A DNA stretch of 19,035 bases, taken from positions 1-19,035 of the IMG/VR virus record IMGVR_UViG_2645727555_000005. The stretch is one strand, 5' to 3'. The notes under the pieces were generated by a model. That model did no database searches, was not told the origin of the DNA, and saw only the letters and a program-made list of their open reading frames with translations. Positions within the stretch are counted from its first letter, which is position 1; every line of letters starts with the position of its first letter. Shown one piece after another: positions 14,685-19,035 of the stretch. This stretch comes from a virus (taxonomy: Duplodnaviria > Heunggongvirae > Uroviricota > Caudoviricetes). Position numbers and translations under genes: made by a program.

Positions 14685-15953
14685 CTATGTTAAGTTACCT
14701 TCACAATCAATACATTCGAATTGTGATTTTAGATTTCTAACACATTGTTTCCCGTAAAGATCTTCTACACCCCCATTCTTCTTATCCCATTCGTTCGCCC
14801 ATACCCGGCAAGCGTCAATGATTTCCTGACGACGATCTCCTTGCATGAACGGAATGCTTTCATGGAAACAGCTTGGAATGCAGGCCACACTGAATACAGT
14901 ATCAAACTCCGTCTGCTTGATTGCCTCCAGCGTCTCCGGACGCATTTTTAATTCATCGATTGGCGCATCCTTAGAGTCCATAATCCGGCGATATAAGCGC
15001 GGAAAATCCGTCTCCAGGTACGCCATAATTTTATCTGCGAGACATTCGTCTATGTCGGTATTCCAGTCCTTTTCGAAGCCCGGCAGGCGATAGTAAAGCG
15101 GCGTTCCCCATACCGATGGGATCACATCCATCGTTAACAGGCGATTGGTTCTGATTTGTTGATGGTAATTAGCCGTCAGCAGTGCTTCGCCACGCTGCCC
15201 AGTTTCCGCAACCAGGCCGTGCGGATACTCATGGATGTAGGCAATGGCATCCCTTCCGTCATACATAAGTGGAAATGTCTCTGGTCTTTGTCCCATGCCA
15301 CAAGCACGGTTCAGATCGTGACCAAGCTGTGAGCACTCTCGCTTTAATGTTTCGATAATGCTCTGCGCTGTAGCCAACTTTTTACGCAGTGTGACGCCTT
15401 CGCCTTGATAATCAATGCATTGCTGATTGAGCTTGGTTAAACGCTCTTTTAGTTCCCGGCGCTCTCTTTTCAGCGTGCGGTTATCCTTCTCCGCAACATC
15501 CAGCCGCTTTGTCAGGCTGGGCGGATAGTCTTTTTTGTAACGGTTCAAATCAGCTTCGGCAGATTTACGCAGTGTATTTGCCTGTTCAAGACGCGCTTCC
15601 AGATTGCCGATCTCATTACGCATATTCGCGGCAAATTGATTAACTGCATCGCCCAGGCTTTCAACTGTCGCTGATACGCCTGTGACTTGTGAAAAACGGA
15701 TCAAGCCATCATTAACGGCTTGTTGGTATTCCTCAAACTGATCCACCAGCTTATTGTAATCAACTGCCCCATCATCAAGCAGCTTGTTGATTTCCGCCAC
15801 CAGGTTATCTGTAGTGGCAATGACACTCTCGTGCAGTCGCTTTGACAGGTCATCACCCGGATTCCGTTTCTGTATAAGAGCGATTTGTGTGCGCAGCGTT
15901 TCAATTGCTGTCGAGATAATTTCCAGATTAGAAGTATCAGTGTGTTGACTCAT
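14685..15953 (-). CDS. hypothetical protein, N-terminal coiled coil plus C-terminal Cys-rich globular domain
   Basis: Track ORF 14685..15968 (GTG start); ATG at 15953 (MSQHTDT...) is more likely. About 200 aa of heptad-rich sequence, then a domain with clustered Cys/His (CIPSCFHE...CRVWANEW...CVRN...CIDCEGN). Own A/T-rich promoter region; terminators on both sides. Confidence 0.75.
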   Translation of the reverse strand: MSQHTDTSNLEIISTAIETLRTQIALIQKRNPGDDLSKRLHESVIATTDNLVAEINKLLDDGAVDYNKLVDQFEEYQQAVNDGLIRFSQVTGVSATVESLGDAVNQFAANMRNEIGNLEARLEQANTLRKSAEADLNRYKKDYPPSLTKRLDVAEKDNRTLKRERRELKERLTKLNQQCIDYQGEGVTLRKKLATAQSIIETLKRECSQLGHDLNRACGMGQRPETFPLMYDGRDAIAYIHEYPHGLVAETGQRGEALLTANYHQQIRTNRLLTMDVIPSVWGTPLYYRLPGFEKDWNTDIDECLADKIMAYLETDFPRLYRRIMDSKDAPIDELKMRPETLEAIKQTEFDTVFSVACIPSCFHESIPFMQGDRRQEIIDACRVWANEWDKKNGGVEDLYGKQCVRNLKSQFECIDCEGNLT

Positions 15954-16032
15954 TGCTGTTCCCGTCACTTTGTTAAATTAGTTTTCTAATATATTTTATT
16001 AGTTTGATGACGGTATCGGAAGATGCAATAAA

Positions 16033-16060
16033 CAAAAAACCCGCTAATTGGCGGGTTTTT
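16033..16060 (-). terminator. intrinsic terminator (bidirectional hairpin)
   Basis: AAAAAACCCGC TAATTG GCGGGTTTTT: 6-bp GC stem with A-run and T-run flanks, immediately downstream (minus sense) of the stop at 16059. Confidence 0.7.
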
Positions 16061-16385
16061 ATGCAATTACTGTGTTGCAGCCTGATAAATAAGATACGCG
16101 ATAAATACAGGTACGATGGCCCATTGCAGCAATGAAAGTAGCCTCATTCATTACTGTTATTGGGGTAACTCCATTCACGTATTGCTTCTCTGACATTTTC
16201 CCTAACCAACTAACCGACAACAGTGCCGAGTTTTCCCCCAATTCCAGCTCTCTGAGAGCTTCACGGATTAACGGCGCTGTCACAGCCTTAACCGGTGTGC
16301 TCAACGTGATACTCCGCGTCCTCCCCGCATCGTCAGCGAACGCCAGACTCACATAATATTTTTTGCTCAATGTACAAACTCCCAA
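16059..16385 (-). CDS. hypothetical protein (about 97-108 aa, start uncertain)
   Basis: Track ORF with TTG start at 16385, overlapping the upstream ORF by 19 nt; GTG at 16352 is an alternative start. Ends at the strong terminator. Confidence 0.45.
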   Translation of the reverse strand: MGVCTLSKKYYVSLAFADDAGRTRSITLSTPVKAVTAPLIREALRELELGENSALLSVSWLGKMSEKQYVNGVTPITVMNEATFIAAMGHRTCIYRVSYLSGCNTVIA

Positions 16386-16567
16386 TCATCAGCGCTTGCA
16401 CTTTCCGGGGTTATGTGAACCTTATCGCCAGTAACAATATTGCGAGCTTCAAAACTTCCATTGATACGTTTCGAGATCTCAATACATAGAGCCTGCTGCC
16501 ATGAGCGACGACGAGCGATAGCATTAGTTCCTGCAGGGATAAGTTCTGCCACGTTAAGTAAACGCAA
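16367..16567 (-). CDS. hypothetical small protein (66 aa)
   Basis: TTG start with GGAG 8 nt upstream, 14 nt after the VRR-NUC stop; no motif recognised. Confidence 0.4.
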   Translation of the reverse strand: MRLLNVAELIPAGTNAIARRRSWQQALCIEISKRINGSFEARNIVTGDKVHITPESASADDWEFVH

Positions 16568-16581
16568 AACGATTTCTCCGT

Positions 16582-17073
16582 TTAATCAAGACAAACATAT
16601 TCCGTGATAGCTTTTATGGCTTCAGCGGCACTGCGCGCCTCAAAGCAGTAGTAACCTGCTTCAGTGAGGCGAGTCATCCAGACGAGTTGTTCGGGAGTCA
16701 GGCGATTTCTCCCATGTTTCATCTCAATGCGCATTCCGTGGTATCCCCCGCAAGCAAGGTCTATAGAAAGATCGGGATATCCCTTCTTTTGGCCTTCTGC
16801 CACCATCTTTATTGCCGTCCTTATGCCTCGCAGACCGCCGTTTGGAGTGGCGTGAGTATGCTCATACACATAGCGCATATTGCGATACAACCAATCCAGG
16901 ACGCGAACCTGTTCGTAATGCTCATGGTTCCTTTTGATTAGATCTGGGTTTTTCTCCAGTTCTCTGAGAGCTGCGGCATGTGGGGATGTTTCAGAATATT
17001 CACTGCGACGCCTTCTTTTTCGCGCTATTTTTCTAACACACCCATTGATAGTAAATAAGCGAAATAATAACAA
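16582..17073 (-). CDS. VRR-NUC domain nuclease (PD-(D/E)xK superfamily)
   Basis: C-terminal ~100 aa fit the VRR-NUC pattern: EQVRVLDWL...HTPNGG...GYPDLSID...YHGMRIEMKHGRNRLTPEQLVWMTRLTEAGYYCFEARSAAEAIKAI. The only in-frame start is TTG at 17073, with no clear RBS. Confidence 0.7.
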   Translation of the reverse strand: MLLFRLFTINGCVRKIARKRRRRSEYSETSPHAAALRELEKNPDLIKRNHEHYEQVRVLDWLYRNMRYVYEHTHATPNGGLRGIRTAIKMVAEGQKKGYPDLSIDLACGGYHGMRIEMKHGRNRLTPEQLVWMTRLTEAGYYCFEARSAAEAIKAITEYVCLD

Positions 17074-17212
17074 CTACGTTAGATTTGTAAAACAAGAGAG
17101 ATACTACTCAAGGATGGGCTATATGCAACAGGTCGGATTTGCTTTTAGAGTAAAAAGTGACCTTAATCAACAAGGAGGGTAAATCGCATGGCATTTACCC
17201 AACTTGTTATTT

Positions 17213-17473
17213 TTAAAGGTTTATTTTATCCTGTTCGGATATTTCTGTGATTGTCTTGTCGATTGCGATCAACCACCCTTCATAGGTTAAATCATCAACA
17301 AGCTCTACCAGTTTGTCTTCTGTATGAGGGAAGTATACCCAGCTCCAGCTCGCTGGGTTTTCTGCTTTTCGCAGCGTAAAAACCTTCTTGTAACGGTGGA
17401 ACTCAAGGACATACCCCTTCGATATGGAATATTCCTTTAGGTCTTCGACCGTAAACCTACGATTCTTTCGCAT
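17213..17473 (-). CDS. hypothetical protein (86 aa)
   Basis: ATG start 2 nt after the upstream gene stop; no motif recognised. Confidence 0.5.
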   Translation of the reverse strand: MRKNRRFTVEDLKEYSISKGYVLEFHRYKKVFTLRKAENPASWSWVYFPHTEDKLVELVDDLTYEGWLIAIDKTITEISEQDKINL

Positions 17474-17475
17474 GG

Positions 17476-17910
17476 CTACCCCATGATTCGATATTTCTCT
17501 ATAGACTCGTCGTAACTTGTGTACACGTATGGCTCTGTATCATCAGCATAAGGTGCGACTTCCAGAGCATGAACGGGATTGTATACCGCGTCATTTTCCA
17601 GGCGATCGCTCGAATACAGATGCCCAGCCAAAACCGTAAGCGCCGGGCGACTCATTTTGTAGATCTCTGCCACATCACTATCTACAACTTGTCCAAATGA
17701 TATGTCGCCGCGCTCCAGCAATAACGTTTTAAGCGCAGGCCACCACGGCCCATAAAGGTGATAAAGCTGTGGATCTCGTTTCAGCCTTTCCACCATGCCA
17801 TTCAGATATGCATCCAGAAACGCCTCTTCACTCCTGCCATTGAGCGCCTGCGGCAAAATGTCCTCAAGGTAGGATTCCGTCGGTTTTACAGTGTCAATTA
17901 ATGTCGTCAT
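17476..17910 (-). CDS. hypothetical protein (144 aa)
   Basis: ATG start preceded by a GC hairpin and an upstream AAGGAG; acidic protein, no motif recognised. Confidence 0.6.
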   Translation of the reverse strand: MTTLIDTVKPTESYLEDILPQALNGRSEEAFLDAYLNGMVERLKRDPQLYHLYGPWWPALKTLLLERGDISFGQVVDSDVAEIYKMSRPALTVLAGHLYSSDRLENDAVYNPVHALEVAPYADDTEPYVYTSYDESIEKYRIMG

Positions 17911-17946
17911 TCAAATTCGGCCCCGGTTGGGGCCGCTCCTTATCTG

Positions 17947-18975
17947 TTAGGCCGCATCGGCGATTATTTTACGCAGTTCATCTACCGAGTAACGCGTAGA
18001 TACCATCCATGCAGGACGGTCAAAGTTCACATCAGCAACCGGGTTTGCTTCAAAATTCCAGAAACGCCCGCCAATCTTCTTAATCGCGTCTTTGGCGTTC
18101 CGTATTGTCGAGGAACCTGGTTGGTCGGCAATGAGATAAACCGCGCCAACGTCCTCGCTGACGCTCCACCAGCGCCCGCGAACACGCGCCTTAGCGCGAA
18201 TCGGCTTATCATTAACCACAATGATATAGTCATCATTCGCCGCTTCATCAGCTCTGGCTTCAGCCACTGCCGCCTGCTCTTCTCTTTTGCTTTCAGCCTG
18301 CTCAAGCCTTTCCGCGATCTCTGATTCAGTGGCCCCGCCGTTTTTCAGCGATACATAATCCTGCCACGTTGCCGATTTGAGCGTATCCGGCAACTCATTC
18401 ACATAGTCGCCGTCTTTCAACTCACGGGCGCGGCGGGTAGCCATTTCTACCAGGCGATTAACAGAAACAGCATCAGCAAAATCGTCCTTACTAATGTATT
18501 TTTCATCAAATGCATTGATGACAGCCCCCACCTTAATCCACTGTGCTGCCGGTGATTCCAGGGGGTTATCAGCCTGAACAATGGCGAGTTTCGCTCCATC
18601 TACCCCATTATTCGCCAGCTGTTCCAATGCCGCCCATCCATCTGCATCACTGAGTGATTTATATTGCTCAAACAATGCATCGCGCCAGGCCACCAGCGCA
18701 GAACGTGTTTTTTCGATCTTCGTCTTAATTTTCGCTATCTTGACCTGATTAAACATCCGTTCAATATCATCGATATTGCTAAAGGCTTTCATCCTGCCCT
18801 GGAATAAACGGTATGCCAGCACGGTCCTCCAGAATGATTCCAGACCTTCTCCGGACGGTTTGCGGAACAAGCTAAGAATATCTTCAGAAGTGACTTTATT
18901 AAGCGAACGACCTGACAGACCACGCCCAGCCATCCAGTTTTCCGAGTAGGCAGCCTGACGGCTGCGGCTTGTCAT
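17947..18975 (-). CDS. hypothetical protein (about 342 aa)
   Basis: Track ORF 17947..18984 starts with TTG; ATG at 18975 (MTSRS...) is preferred. Central Ala/Glu-rich helical region; no catalytic motif recognised. Confidence 0.65.
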   Translation of the reverse strand: MTSRSRQAAYSENWMAGRGLSGRSLNKVTSEDILSLFRKPSGEGLESFWRTVLAYRLFQGRMKAFSNIDDIERMFNQVKIAKIKTKIEKTRSALVAWRDALFEQYKSLSDADGWAALEQLANNGVDGAKLAIVQADNPLESPAAQWIKVGAVINAFDEKYISKDDFADAVSVNRLVEMATRRARELKDGDYVNELPDTLKSATWQDYVSLKNGGATESEIAERLEQAESKREEQAAVAEARADEAANDDYIIVVNDKPIRAKARVRGRWWSVSEDVGAVYLIADQPGSSTIRNAKDAIKKIGGRFWNFEANPVADVNFDRPAWMVSTRYSVDELRKIIADAA

Positions 18976-19035
18976 GGTCTGCAATTACCGTTATAAAAAC
19001 AGGCAATGTCATTGTCTTTCAGGTGGTTATATGGC

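Noticed and set aside
1-19035. CRISPR array or insertion sequence
   Set aside because: No regularly spaced direct repeats of 24-40 bp anywhere, and no transposase-like ORF flanked by terminal inverted repeats.

Overview
This 19-kb window reads as a segment of a P1-family temperate phage / plasmid-prophage, most consistent with a D6-like element. Recognisable backbone: a Cre-homologous tyrosine recombinase (Dre-like, 5002-6030, minus) with a 32-bp rox-type site 150 bp upstream (6183-6214); the packaging genes lpa-pacA-pacB (minus, 7490-10751); the humD-phd-doc SOS/addiction block (plus, 874-1937) behind a consensus LexA box; and a minus-strand array of five tRNA genes (Ile2/CAT, Ser/TGA-like, Thr/TGT, Tyr/GTA, Arg/TCT). 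Between these sit accessory units I cannot assign from sequence alone: (i) a standalone AT-rich 345-aa gene in the slot where P1 has its c1 immunity genes; (ii) a five-gene translationally coupled operon downstream of the recombinase, with a dUTPase homolog, a winged-helix protein and a DUF2829-like protein; (iii) a second DUF2829-like gene beside the tRNAs; (iv) a 1.2-kb ORF-free, hairpin-rich segment upstream of the tRNA array; (v) a terminator-bracketed 422-aa coiled-coil/Cys-rich gene next to a VRR-NUC nuclease gene. The best candidates for something undescribed are (i), (ii) and (iv). All homology statements come from motifs read by eye and recalled reference sequences; no database search, tRNA scan or RNA folding could be run, and P1 gene order is quoted from memory.
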